DNA of 39,193 nucleotides from Thraustochytrium aureum (Eukaryota): NCBI GenBank assembly GCA_012862495.1, contig BLSG01000220.1, positions 22,931 to 62,123 of the forward strand, read 5' to 3'. Shown piece by piece: positions 10,987 to 23,427 of this stretch (position 1 is its first letter; each line of letters starts with the position of its first letter). The notes under the pieces were generated by a model. It saw only the letters and a program-made list of their open reading frames with translations, ran no database searches and was not told where the DNA came from. The position numbers and the translations under genes were made by a program.

Positions 10987-13900
10987 ATGGGTCGTCTGGT
11001 CGGCCTCACCGTAGTGCTGCTGGCCGAGGTCGTGGCCGTGGCTCTCGGTGCGTTCGACGTGGCCAAGATCGGGCCGTTCTCTTCCCAAGTGCCAAGCCTT
11101 TACCGCCCAAAGCTGATCGGCGCGGCCGACGATGTCGTGGTCGTGGACACCTACCCGAGCCTGTCCGTATTTCGGCGCGACGAGCAAAACCAGTTTGTCC
11201 AAGAGGCCGCCTTGACGAAAGTCGAGCCGGGGTCTGAATTCCCAGTCGGGTTTTCCGTGAGCAGCACTACCATTCTTGCTGGTGCCTACTCGACGACTGA
11301 ATTCTTTCTCTATGGCGTGGTGTTTGAGAAGATTGGGGACGCGTGGGTCAACACGGCAAAGATAGTGAGCTCCCGAACAGGAGCGATTGGGAACGGGTTC
11401 AAAGTTGAAGGAAACCGCATGTACATCCCAGAGGGAGGCGCCAGCACCGAGACTAGTGGGATCAGGATAATGGTTTTCGACAAGCAGCCCAACGGAAAAT
11501 GGGTTGAGACTGGCGTCATCTTCCTCGCAGCCAACGGGCTGGGTTACTCTGTCGACATGATTACGGTCTCCAACAACTTTGTCTCCATCACCGGCGCAAG
11601 TAGCGACAAAGGCATTGCGCGCCTCTACAAGGAGGTGACGCGAGGCGATTGGGTCGAGATTCCGCTTCCTTTCGAGGACCTGGCCGCACCAGACCCCAAC
11701 AACAACACGTGGGTTCCTTCACAATCAGTTTCACGCGGCGCGGTTTTCTCAAACCAAAACTTGCTCGTCGGTGAAGTCTCGTTCGGACCTGAGCCGGGGT
11801 CCTTCCGGCTCGATGCTAAAGTATACAGGCTCTCGGAAGACAACACCTGGTCCGAACCAACTGACATCACCTCGCTTCTGGGCTTGTCCAAGCTCTCAAA
11901 CGGCGAAGCGCTGTCCCTGTCCGCGCTCGATTTCAAGGAAGATGTCATCATCGTCGGCGAGCCCAAGAATTCGGACCGCGAGGAAAATGGCGGTGCAGTC
12001 CACATCTTCCAAAAATTTGGCAACAGACCTGAGGACCCATGGGCCCTCGTCAACACGCTGTACGCGGTGGATCCCGGGCCGAACCTCTTGTTCGGTCTGG
12101 ACGCCACCATCACCGACAATAGCTTTGTGATGGGTTCCGCAAATGACACGAAGGGCGAGGTGCACTACTACATCTTCACCTACGACCCTTCGACGCCTGT
12201 GCTGGCGTATCCGCGCGGGCACCGCGTCGAGGGGCGCACAATCCGAGAGTTTAGTGACGACGCGACTAAAACTCGCGAGTTCTGCAGGCGCGCTTGTGTA
12301 ATAAGCCAGGACTGCGCCGCCTATGTCACTGCGGGGGGCAAGTGCCGAGCTCTCATGGCCGCGCTGACGCCTGGCCAGGCCGGCGTGATCAGAGCCTGGG
12401 ACGAGCAAGGCGTCGTAGAAACCTTTGCAATCGCTGGGACGACGNNNNNNNNNNNNNNNNNNNNNNNNNNNNNNNNNNNNNNNNNNNNNNNNNNNNNNNN
12501 NNNNNNNNNNNNNNNNNNNNNNNNNNNNNNNNNNNNNNNNNNNNNNNNNNNNNNNNNNNNNNNNNNNNNNNNNNNNNNNNNNNNNNNNNNNNNNNNNNNN
12601 NNNNNNNNNNNNNNNNNNNNNNNNNNNNNNNNNNNNNNNNNNNNNNNNNNNNNNNNNNNNNNNNNNNNNNNNNNNNNNNNNNNNNNNNNNNNNNNNNNNA
12701 GGGAATATTCGACTGCCGGAAGACAACGTGCGATTCGGCGAGTTCTGCCCCAAACTCTTGCGAGCACTTTGGCGAGTGCATTTGCACGGCGGCAGACAAA
12801 GCGGGTCGCCAGTGCAACGAGCCAGCGTTCGGCGCATGTGACGAGGCGCTCATTTCAAGCCTCGCGCGCGATCTTGCTAACGGCGGCGCCTGCCCGTGCG
12901 GAACGAAGCGGAATGCAGCGTTTGCAAGTCTCGGCGGAGCGGGCAGTCTCGTCGCTTGCGAGTTCAACCCGCTCGTCAACCTGCAAGTCGAGACAGCTAT
13001 CAAGGTCGCGAACTGCTCTGCCGCGCGAGCCACGACCGCCGGCTTTCGACCGGGCGCCAAGACCACGTTTAGCTCAATGGGCGACGGCACGCGTTGCGTG
13101 CTTGCTGCTGGGACCTTTGTTCGGGTTGAAGCGACAACTGCAGCTGCCTGCGAAGCCCGCGCCAGCGTCGCTTCAGCGGCAGGCTTTGAATACAACGGGC
13201 GCCCCGGGTCTGACAAGATTGATTGTCTCATTGCAGAGGCGACGGCGAAGGTAACAGCCGCCCTGGCCCCAGACGAGCCGTGGCGGTCCTGCACTCTCAA
13301 CCATGGCAAACGCATGAACAATCCTGGCCTGAGCCCCGTCATTACTAACCGACTCCCAATCGACCCCGCCAAGCACGTTGAAGAATGCCTCACAGGGCGC
13401 GGTCTCGTTGCCGGCAGCCTGGAGGATCTTCGAGCGCGCCTCAAAGTCGTCGACGACGTTCTTGCCAAGCCAAACCTGTTCGAGGCAACGAGCTCGACGC
13501 GGCGCGCGTTGCGCTGGCAGAGCCGCTTCGTCGACCAGATCGCCGACGAGGAGTCGTTCTTGTGCACGATTCCCTGCCCGTGTGGGAAGGCCGCGGTGAA
13601 CGAGACGGATACCGCTTGCAGCCAGAACCTGCTCGACGGTGCATCCTCGATGGCCCACGCCCGCACGTCGGCCGCTTGCGCGCTCCGCCAGGGTTGGAAC
13701 GCGACCGCAGACCCGTTCGCCTTGGTGCACTTGCTTTCAAGTGCCAACTGCGCGCTGACGTACTACACCTCCGCCGGGTCGCCGGACGAGATGGAGAACG
13801 CGCTCGACGAGGTCGCGGCCATGATCGACCTCGCCGCGGCAACGACTCCGGCGGTGTTTCAGCTGTACCTGTCCAGGTGGCACGCCAACCGGGCGATGGC

Positions 13901-16694
13901 TCAGGTAAACGTAGGCCGCGAGCCGATCGTAACCGTTCCGGCCGCCCTCGCCACAGACTTTGACAAGGTGTACCAAGCAAGCGTCCTCCTGAAGGACGTT
14001 GCGCTTACAGCTGAGGCGAAGCTGCGGTCCGGGCCGCACACGGAGAACCTGTTTGATGGGATGGAGTTTGTTCTCGAGCAGCTGTCGGAGGCGCTCAACC
14101 CGACGCCGACCTCCATCGCCACCGCAGTCGGCGTCATCAACAAGACGGCTGTCGAGCTCAAGGCTGCGGCAAGCGAGTTCAAGCGGGCGACCGGCGAGCT
14201 GACGGCGGCGCTTGGGCCATTCATTCAAGAGTTTGTGGACGTGACGGATCAGGACGACGAGGTCGTCCGTGCCGGCCTCGCGTTTGCGCAAGTCCAAGCG
14301 AGTCTGGACCTCGTGACGTTCTCGGTGGAAACGACCGTGCGCCTCATCTCAGGCTGGCTCCTCGACGACAGCGCGCCGAGCCCTGTAGTGCCGTTCCCTG
14401 TGTCGCCATCGGCAGACCCTCTCCAAGCTGTTGCAGTGGTGTTTGCTCACCTCGGCGCGAGCGACATCGTGGCCGCGATCGGGGCGTACCTCGTGGCGCG
14501 CGACGCCTTGCACGACTTTGAGACACGCGGACGAGGCATCTCCGAGCTTGGTGACAACTACGAGCTGCTGACCTCCACGACGCTCGACTCGGTCGCGGCG
14601 CGGTCGCTCAGCGGTGTCGCCTACATCCTCCAGTCGGCCGCCGCGGCGATCTCTGGGCGCAACACTGACGCAAACCGGCTCGACTCTGCCAGGACCCTCC
14701 TCAAGCCGACGTTTGGCCTCGGCTGGGACGCGCTGCAGCTCCTGGGCTCAAGCGTGCTCACCACCGACAATGAGGTGTGCTTGGTCCCAGGGCGCGCCAC
14801 AGCGAGGCGCCTCAACGCGGGCAACGGCAGCGTGGCTCGTCGGCTGTCGCAGCGGTCGTCGGCAGCGAGCGCCGGTGCCACAAACAAGTCGCTGCGCCGC
14901 GCCTTGTCGAGCAAGGACCTCACCAACGTGATCAAGCCGTGCGTCCCGGCGCTCGAGGCGCTGCAGCGCGCTTCGGCGGTTGGCATCAACTTGAACGGGG
15001 CGCTGGTGCGCGCGGCGGAGGCGATAGAAGCTCGCGAGTTTGCGGCCCTCCCGCTCTCGGACAGCTGGCGGGCTCTCCTCACACACGCGGGCGGCCACGT
15101 CCGTCTCGCGGGTGACGCGCTTCTCCGCAGCACCGTGTTTGGTGCGCAGCAGTCCATTCTTCGCGCGGCCCAGAACACGTGCCAAATGTTTCGGTTTGCC
15201 TTTCCTAATGCTTCTCTCGCGGACATCCCCGGCTTCGACGCGAGCTCTTGCGCGAAGCTTCCCCAAGCCGGCCTGGGAGCCATTCTCGACGAGGACTCGA
15301 CTGCGGTTGAGCAGGTCAACATTGTGCGGATCAAGCCGAGCTCGATTGCCGCCATCTGCTCGGTGCAGGCCAAGGACGTATTTGGCGGCGCGATTCGCCT
15401 CTACTCTGCTTTCCAGACCGTCAGTTGGCCGCAGGCGTGGAAGGCCGTGGACGGGTCGGGGGCGACCTGCAGCCAAGTCTCGTTTGTTGACGCGTGGGAG
15501 GCTACCCTGGAGGTCGTCGAAGTCTCGATCTTGAGCGAGCTCAGTATTAGGCTCCAGAGCGACACGCAGGAGGTTGAAGTCGGCGTTAACGACGTCACCA
15601 TCGCAAGGGTTTCCGGGTGCGCGCAGACTGCTTGCGTGATTCCGCTGAGCCCCGAGATACTCGAGGTCAGTGCGCCGGCGCGGGGGTCTGCTGGCGAGGT
15701 GCTCGAGAGCTTTACCGACCTGCTGGATTCTATCCGTCGAGCGTGGGTCGAGCCCCTAGACTCTCGCCAAGCGGCGAGCGACCGCGAGGGCGCGTGCGGC
15801 CTCGAGTCGCCCCGTGCCATGCAGGAACTCGTCGGCGGCTCTGCCGTTCTGACCGACGTGGTGGCGAGCTCGTTCGCGAATCCAGGCGAATGCCTCTGGC
15901 TTTCTGAGCTCTCTAGTGTGCAGGTCGTCCTGCGCGACGCGGCCGGGCGCTTGCTTCCGCGGTCTGGTGCGCCAGTGGAGCTCGAGCTGGTCGCGGACGG
16001 CACGCCGACCTTTTACCGCTACACCGAAGGCGCCTCGGAGGGCGACGCCGTGGTGGAGTCGGCCTTTACGGTCGAGTCTGGTGAGGCGTTCCGCTTCTCG
16101 TTCGAGTATGGCCCTCACGGAACGTGCAGTGCTGGCGAGGCAGCGACGGTTGACGGCACAGCTGTCTGCGTCACGAAGCAAACCCGGCTGAGCCCGGCAG
16201 GTTCTGGCGTGCTGCCTTCCCCGTTTTCTCGTTGGCGCCTGCGGCTCGTCTCGGAATGGCCTGCGGGCGAAGCCGTTCCCGTATCCGCGCACTTGCGCTT
16301 CGTCGGGTCCGGGGACCAGTGCACGACTGTGGGCAAGTCCGTCGCGCTCGCAGGCGATCGCGCCGCGCTTTCTGACGCGGACGGCGTGCCTGCCGCGCTG
16401 CTCTTTGGGCAGGTCTGCGGTGGTGCTGCTTTCACGGCTGAAGGCTACACGTTCGGGACACAGCCGACGCCATCGTCGTCGCCAGCGACGGCGTCCACCG
16501 AAGAGTCGGTGGAGGCTTGGGTCATCGGTGCTGCAGCTGGCGGGGGCGCGGTCGTCCTCGCCGCTATCGTTGCAGCCGCAGTTCTCGTGAAGCGCGCCCG
16601 TGCGCGGGCAGCAGCTGGCACGTTGATTGCGGACGGCGCAGCGTCCGTGTCCAGCGACAACCCGATCTTGGTCAAGACGAGCACGCCGTTGTAA
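10987..16694 (+). CDS. Giant type-I membrane protein A (~1900 aa, spans a gap): signal peptide, FG-GAP-like beta-propeller, PAN/apple-like and Cys-rich modules, long helical core, beta-rich domain, TM anchor
   Basis: Signal peptide MGRLVGLTVVLLAEVVAVALG, FG-GAP-like IIVGEPKNSDREENGGAVHIF and PAN-like CRRACVISQDCAAY. After the gap an ORF of ~1330 codons ends in the TM helix WVIGAAAGGGAVVLAAIVAAAVLV-KRAR and a short tail. The join across gap 12445-12699 is inferred because the frames differ by 1. Confidence 0.75.
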
Positions 16695-17400
16695 GTCGTG
16701 GCATAATGGTCGGAAACACACACCACAACCTACTCTACTGCTTGCTCATCCTCTGTTCTTGCTCTTGCTTCTGCCAAGGATGCTTGTGCTGCTGCCCCGG
16801 CGTGAGTCGATTGGACGCGTGCGAGCTGGGCGGCGGGCAGGCAGGCTCGATGCAAACCCTGAGAGTGTACTGATTCTGAAGACCTCCGTCCGTAGACTGC
16901 GCAGAAAAGTAATTCCTCGCGCCTGACGAGAGCTACCTCTAGCTAGAGACGACAGACCGCCACGCCGTATGTCATGGCGGCTGGCGGCGGGCTGGCGCGA
17001 CAACGATGATGGTGATGTGACTTGGTGATGAGGCCGAGCGACCGAGTCGCGCGAAGCGGCATGAAGGTCGCAAACATCGTTTTGGGCGCCTCCATTCATC
17101 CCGTGAGGGTGCTTCTCTCGAGAAAGAAAAAAAGAAGGGGCGCTCTCAGCTCATCCATCCTTGTCCGTGTGGGATGCAACGCGTTTCGGCGGCCGCAATT
17201 CAGCAATCAACGCACCTCGATGTCAGTGCGTAGTCATTCAGCACTACACTTTGATGAGTCGAGTTCGAGTTGGTGGCGAAATGACGATGGGCAGGCAGAC
17301 CCCGATCGATTGACCGATCGAACGATCCATTGCGCTCGCGCCGCTGCAGCGCTCTCGAGATCAAAGCTGGGCAAGCGCGACTGGTCCAGGGCTGAGCACG

Positions 17401-18888
17401 ATGGGGAGCGGGAAGAGCCCCAAGAGGGTCAAGGCGGACACGTTTTCGCACCTGATGCACCTCGGGTCGAGGGACTTTGAGGCAGGCAAGCTGGACGCCA
17501 AGCCCATCACGACGATGGGGTGGTTTTACTTTGCGGAGCCCGTGGACATGGAGGTGCTGCGCAACGAGGTGCACGAAAAGCTGGTGGACAAAGTATTCAG
17601 GTACCGAGCGGTCCCCCGCGAGCGCAAGGGCTGGACCTACTGGGAGGAGGCGGGCCCCATCGACGACGCGTACCACTTTCAGCACCACGCCGGCTTTGAG
17701 GACGAGCAACACTGGCAGGAATACCTGCAGCAGCTCGTCGACGACGGGCTCGACTACAGCAAGCCGTGGTGGCGGTATGTCGTCGTGGACAAGCTCCCAT
17801 GCGGGCGCGCAGCGGTGATCGGGATCGCCGACCACACGCATGCCGACGGCGCCAGCGCGGTCAGCGCGCTACTGAGCATGTGCGAGGGCCAGGGCGACAA
17901 CCCCGTGTTTTCAAAAAAGACCTCGTCGGGCGCCGGGTCGAAGAAGGGCAAGCGTGCGGCGGGGCGCGGCCGCAAGCTCTCTGGGTACGAGCGCCTGGTG
18001 GCCCTCTGGGAGGGCGTGTGGGGGCCGATCAGCGAGCAGATCCTGGCTAACGACGTGCAAAGCAGGCTCAAGCAGCCAAGCGGCAAATTTCCCAAGCACT
18101 GGCGGTTCGCCACGACGCCGCCCGGCGAGCACCTCGACGTCAAGATGCTCAAAGAGATCAAGGACCGGGTGCCGGGCGCCACCGTGAACGACGTGATGCT
18201 GGCGCTCACGGCGCTTGGCATCAAGGAATACTACAAGTCGATCAACGACCCGATTATGCAGGGCACGGCGGACCTGCGCGGGACGCTGGCCGCCAACGTG
18301 CGGCCCAGTGGCGTTGACTACTTGTCGGACAAGTGGTTTGGGAACCACATCGTTGTGCAGACCGCGCGGTATCCGCTGCATGAGGGCCGCGTGGAGACGC
18401 TCTTGTCGTTCCGGGACCAGAGCCGCATGCGCAAGGCTTCGCCGGACATGATCGTGCGCCGCTACTTGATGGAGGCGATGAGCTATCTGCCGCGCGACAA
18501 GGTCGTCGAGATTGTGGTGGAGGCGAACGCCAAGTTTTCCATCATGATCAGCAACGTATTGTTCAGCCTGACCAAGCTGAGCCTGTTCGGGCAGGAGATT
18601 GAGGACGTGCGGTTCGTGGCCTGCAGCCCGCTCGGGTTTTACGCGGGGGCGGCCACGTACGTCGACAAGGTCTCGTTTGGCCTGGTGGCCACGGAGGACG
18701 TCAAAACCGACCCGAGCGTGATGCTTCCGCTGTTCCGGTCGGAGTGCGAAAAGCTGCACAAGGAGGTGATGGCGCTCGATCCGGACTACTTTGAGAAGCA
18801 GGACAAGCCTCTCGCTGTCTCTCCTGCGCTCGTCTCGGCGCTTGCGGCCCTGCTCGTTGCGATCTTGCTCTCTGTTCTCCTGCTTTAA
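17401..18888 (+). CDS. Wax ester synthase/diacylglycerol acyltransferase (WS/DGAT) family protein, 495 aa, C-terminal TM helix
   Basis: Family motifs LDYSKPWWRY, catalytic loop ADHTHADG (an HHxxxDG variant), GATVNDVMLA, WFGN and IMISNV, plus a hydrophobic C-terminus. Confidence 0.88.
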   Translation: MGSGKSPKRVKADTFSHLMHLGSRDFEAGKLDAKPITTMGWFYFAEPVDMEVLRNEVHEKLVDKVFRYRAVPRERKGWTYWEEAGPIDDAYHFQHHAGFEDEQHWQEYLQQLVDDGLDYSKPWWRYVVVDKLPCGRAAVIGIADHTHADGASAVSALLSMCEGQGDNPVFSKKTSSGAGSKKGKRAAGRGRKLSGYERLVALWEGVWGPISEQILANDVQSRLKQPSGKFPKHWRFATTPPGEHLDVKMLKEIKDRVPGATVNDVMLALTALGIKEYYKSINDPIMQGTADLRGTLAANVRPSGVDYLSDKWFGNHIVVQTARYPLHEGRVETLLSFRDQSRMRKASPDMIVRRYLMEAMSYLPRDKVVEIVVEANAKFSIMISNVLFSLTKLSLFGQEIEDVRFVACSPLGFYAGAATYVDKVSFGLVATEDVKTDPSVMLPLFRSECEKLHKEVMALDPDYFEKQDKPLAVSPALVSALAALLVAILLSVLLL

Positions 18889-21606
18889 GAGTCTGCCCCG
18901 CAAAAAAATCGGCTTCTTCTTCTGTGTGCATTCATGCATCCATTATGTGATCAAGAACATTCATTCATTCATCTGTCTTGAAAGACAAGGGAAAACGAGC
19001 CGAGGGTTGCGGAGAGCGCTCCAGAGAGTAAACGTCGCCGATAACCAGATAGGCAGAGCCAAGGCGCCTGCGCGTGCGATGGCGGGTGCGAGGTTCATCA
19101 GGAGTCTCCGGCCTTGCAGGCTGTGTTTGGTTGAGTACGAGAACTTGTTGAACGCAAATCCAGATCAGAGCAACACTCGACGCTTGCTCTACGCACAAGC
19201 GTGCCTGCCTGGAGTCCCTGCGCGTTTTATTGTGCAAAGCAAGGGGAACCGACTTGCGCAAAGCGTGTCGACATGCGAGCAACCGATGCATCGCTCAGCG
19301 CCTGTCCCGTCTTTTGTCCCGGCTGCCAACGCGAAGAAAAAGTTGTGGGAGGTTTGCAAGCTTGCGCCTTCGGCCGTTTCTTTGCAGGATGTCTGGGGCC
19401 GCGGAAAACCAACAAGTGCCAGCTGGACCAAGATCGATCGATCGACCAGAATCGATCGACGACCAGCAAGCGCTTGATTGTCGCGGCGTCCCAATAGAGT
19501 CGTTTTCCCCTGGGCCTAATTTGGACCCGTCACCTCCCCGTTTAGGTGGGGGCTTGGGCCAACCGAGCAGGTCGCGTGATTGGAGAGAGCCGCTCCCACT
19601 CGCCAACAGCACACTCGAACGATGCCGGCTCGCAGCAGGTGCGGCGCGCTTGCCGCATGAATGACTCGGAGACTCGCTCGCGCTCCGTTGCAGCGAGGCG
19701 AACACTTGGTGAAAACAAGCAGGATCCTCCTTGGTGAAAACCAGTGAGCAAATTGGAGCGAGCTCACCTCGCTCCCCAGTAAGACAAGTAGAGGTACTCA
19801 ACCGACTCCAGCCCGGCACTCCTTGCCCGGCACGACTTGGCCACATCGCTGCGGCACGTGCAGCCGCATGCCGCATGACGGCCACCACGTCGGAGGGGGG
19901 AGCGCCCGGAGCACTCACTCTCCATGACAGACAGACGTCGTTGTGCAGACGTCGTTGTGCGGCACAGCTACCGACACCTCCTCGTCCCAGACAACGACCA
20001 CCGAGCCAGCGGAGGGACTCGGAGTGGGGGGATCAACGACTCCACCGAGCCGGAGCGGCTCGACTTCTCCGACGGCAGCAGAGCGCAGAAGCCCTCCAAG
20101 CCGTCCGCTGTCGGCTAGCTGGGGTTGCGTGAGTACTTCGCGGCTGGAAAGCGAGGCGGTTTGATCCCTCCAGCCCGAGCTGGCTAGCACTTTTACGCGC
20201 GCAATTTGGCGATTTTCGGAGCCCAGCCCCTCTCTCTCACCACTGACCTCAGCCGCTCTGGCTTCTCACCAGGCGGCCGTCCATTAAACGAACAGGACCC
20301 AGACAAACTCGATAGCGTGTTGGTTTGCGCGAGTCGCGTACTATGTGCACGGCAGGCTGCAAAACTCCACCGGCGTGCACCCGGGGGCATTGAGGGAGAA
20401 TACTAATTTGTTCGCTAAAAAGGCCAAATGTTAAACTGTGGTTTTTAATTAAAACAACAACAAGGCTGCGCCCAGGAAAGGCCGCGATACGCCCCCGCTT
20501 TGCCCGTCGCGATCGGCTCTTTCTCGCACCTCTTGGGCAGTCACGGAGCGCATCTTCTTCGCGAGGAAAACAGGCTCCGAGGCCGAGGCACACCCGGGCG
20601 GCGAGCGAGCAGTATTCGGCCTGGTTACGCGAGTGCTGGGCCAATGCAGTGCGCAGAGCAGATCGTGCACCAGATCGGGAGAGAGGAGCGACGCGCGAGA
20701 TAAAACTCTCCTTTGGCGGCGGAGCGAGTGAGTGCGAGTCCTCGCCCGAACGCGCCGCACTGTGTCGCGCTCGGATCGCGCTGATTGTTTTGCTGCGAGA
20801 ACCGAGCCGCGGTCGATGTGAAATTTCCTTTGGCATGAAGCGCCTGCAAGCGGGCCTGCAAGCGCCTGCAAGTTGAACGAACGGGCCGGCCGGCCGGCCG
20901 GCCACTGACGAGGAAAGCCCGCTCCTTCGCCGCGCTGCTCTGCCGGTAGAAGAAGGACATCAGGATGGCGGCACGCGGCAGCCGCGTCGTGGACCCGTCG
21001 AGCTTTCCAAAACGCTGCACTTCGTCGTCCGGCTCGCCTGAACAACCGACTGCTTCAGAAAGAGCCCCAGCGCAGCGCAGCTGCTGGGCGAGCTCCTGGG
21101 GCTGGAGTTGCGTCTGGCAGCCTCGCCCTCTTTTGTCAAGAGCGTTGACTCTTGAAGGGTTGGCGCCTTCGCTGCCGAACGAATGATCGAAGAATGAATG
21201 AATTTTTAAAAAGATGGCAAAATGGAATGGCGATCAGATCAGGAAAAGCCAGAGTGGTAGCGTGCGCTGAGCGCAGCGCTGATTCGTGAGAGGATTGATG
21301 GATGAGAATCGAGCTGTCGCAGGCAGGGAGGAGGAGGCCCGCGAAAAAATTCGAGGTTGTCACGCACTCTCTCACCCCTTTTCCTCTCCAACAGCCTTTG
21401 CTTTATTGCCTTTACTACCTTTTTTAGAAAGGTATCCGAAAGAGCCAGACGGTCCCCTCATGCTGAGCGGCAGCTTGATTACGTAGAGAGCCGCCGCGAC
21501 GTCGACATGGGTCCCCAAGCGAGCAAATCCCAAACGACAAGCTAGCAACCAGCATCCCCCAGCTCGACGACGACTCCGCGTGGAAAAGCTCTAGCTCGCT
21601 AGCACA

Positions 21607-22452
21607 ATGCACGCAGATCGCGTCAGCAGGCTCGTGCCCAAGGGCGTCGAACTCGCCAACGCGGTCGTCATCCACAAGTTCGAGCACGAGACGCAGCAGG
21701 GCCTGAGGCTTCCCGAAATCGTGTTCGCAGGCGACCAACCACACCACCAGGCCGCACCAGGGCCAGTCAAGCGGCTTGCCTCGCCCTACCGCGGCGTCTC
21801 GTTCCACGCCTGCACGCAGCGCTGGCGGTCGCGCATCAAGCACGGCACCAAGTCAGAGCACCTCGGCTACTTTGCCAGCGACATTGACGCCGCCAAGGCC
21901 TACAACGAGGCCGCCCTCAAGATCCATGGCGAGAATGCGCAGCTCAACGAGGGCGTCGACGAAGTCATCAACGAAAAGCCGGGCATCAAGTCGACCCACA
22001 TCCACTCCGAGCGCGTCGAGTACACCGGCCAAACGTGGTACGTGGACCGCAGCGCGACGCGCAGCTTTCACGGGCGCATGCGCTCCGTGGGCGAGGCCAC
22101 GATGCGGCAACACTGCGGGGTCAAGGTGGAGGAGCCCGCGATCGTCAAACTCGAGTCCACCTTCGTAAAGAGTGAGCAGGACTACCGCGGAAAGGCTGAG
22201 CAGGCGCAGCTGTTCGCCGTCGAGCCGGCCCCCTTCCACCCGCTTGAGGAATTTGACGGGGAGCGCACCTGCCAAGCAGAGCTCCCAGAGTATTGGGACG
22301 ATTTGGACGATTTCCTCGGGCTCTTCTCCGAGGCCGCTCCCGCTCCAGCGGAAATGAAGCACGAGTTCGCCTACCAAGCATCCTACGACTGTGGCCTCAA
22401 GCGCCGTGCGTCCTTTATCGTCGCGTCAGAGTACAAGCGGATCTGCGCCTGA
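21607..22452 (+). CDS. AP2/ERF-domain transcription factor, 281 aa
   Basis: SPYRGVSFHACTQRWRSRIKHGTKSEHLGYFASDIDAAKAYNEAALKIHGENAQLN is a typical AP2 domain. The acidic-aromatic patch EYWDDLDDFLGLF resembles an activation domain. Confidence 0.9.
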   Translation: MHADRVSRLVPKGVELANAVVIHKFEHETQQGLRLPEIVFAGDQPHHQAAPGPVKRLASPYRGVSFHACTQRWRSRIKHGTKSEHLGYFASDIDAAKAYNEAALKIHGENAQLNEGVDEVINEKPGIKSTHIHSERVEYTGQTWYVDRSATRSFHGRMRSVGEATMRQHCGVKVEEPAIVKLESTFVKSEQDYRGKAEQAQLFAVEPAPFHPLEEFDGERTCQAELPEYWDDLDDFLGLFSEAAPAPAEMKHEFAYQASYDCGLKRRASFIVASEYKRICA

Positions 22453-23295
22453 AAGGTGCAGGGGGCCGACGCAGCACTGCCGCTGCACCAGCACAACTTG
22501 CCACACCAACACCGCGCCGCGAGTGAAGGAGCGCCGCACGGCGCGCTCCCGTCGCCGTCTCCACCAATGCACGTATTTGTGCAGCACCTCGCGAATTCGA
22601 CTGCGCGAGTGCGAGCACATCCGCAAGCCGCGCGCCTTGAGCTGGGCACCACCTCAGAGCCTGCCGGCCGAGCATTCTCGGTCCATGCAGCGCACGCAGC
22701 GGTACCTGTGTCGGCCTCCGCACAAGTTCTCGCCTCCTCTTTTCAGGCTGCGACGTCGCCCCTTTCGGCCACGTCCTGCTCTACTTCTTCCGCCCAGACC
22801 CCGACGCAGCGGTCAGGGCTTCCTCCTAGTTTTCCATAGTTCCGAGCGGCCCGACGCCGCTGTGGCGCGGGCAAGAACCTCTGTTCCAGGCGCGATCGGT
22901 GTGGGGCTTGGGCGCTGGCGCAGGTCGAGTCTTTGGTGATTCCCTGTCGTTGGCGCCCGCCCCTCCCCGCCCGCGCCGCGCGCTCTTCTTTACTTACTTA
23001 TCGACCGGCGCACTGTACAGCCCGTGCCGGTCCGCTAGCAACGATTCTTCTCGCTATTTATTATTGCTGGCCGCGGTCGCTAGTTGGCGCAGGCTCGCCT
23101 TTGCTGAAGCACCTTTGGCCTGTAGGCTGTGCGCGCTCGGGGGCTCTCTGCCCGACGCGCAACGAACAGCTGGAGGCGTGGGGTTCCCGGCTCCTTTCGA
23201 CTCGTGCCTCCGCGCTTGGCGGTCCAGCCCGCCAAGTCGACTACCTACAGCAGCGGCGGGAAATTTTGCTCTTAGCAACTCGAGCTACGGGTACT

Positions 23296-23427
23296 ACATC
23301 TCATCAGGTGCGAGCCGAGTCGAGTGCAGCGGTGCTCTTATCTACGAGGACATCTCATCAGAATTCAGGTGCGAGCCGAGTCGAGTGCAGCGGTGCTCTT
23401 ATCTACGAGGACATCTCATCAGGTGCG
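23296..23427. repeat. Tandem duplication of a 54-bp unit (2.3 copies, one carrying a 7-bp AATTCAG insertion)
   Basis: ACATCTCATCAG-GTGCGAGCCGAGTCGAGTGCAGCGGTGCTCTTATCTACGAGG is repeated almost exactly. Confidence 0.93.

Noticed and set aside
23296..23427. 54-bp duplication as a transposon footprint
   Set aside because: There is no TIR, LTR or transposase nearby. It is best explained as a local tandem duplication at the 3' end of the minus-strand gene.
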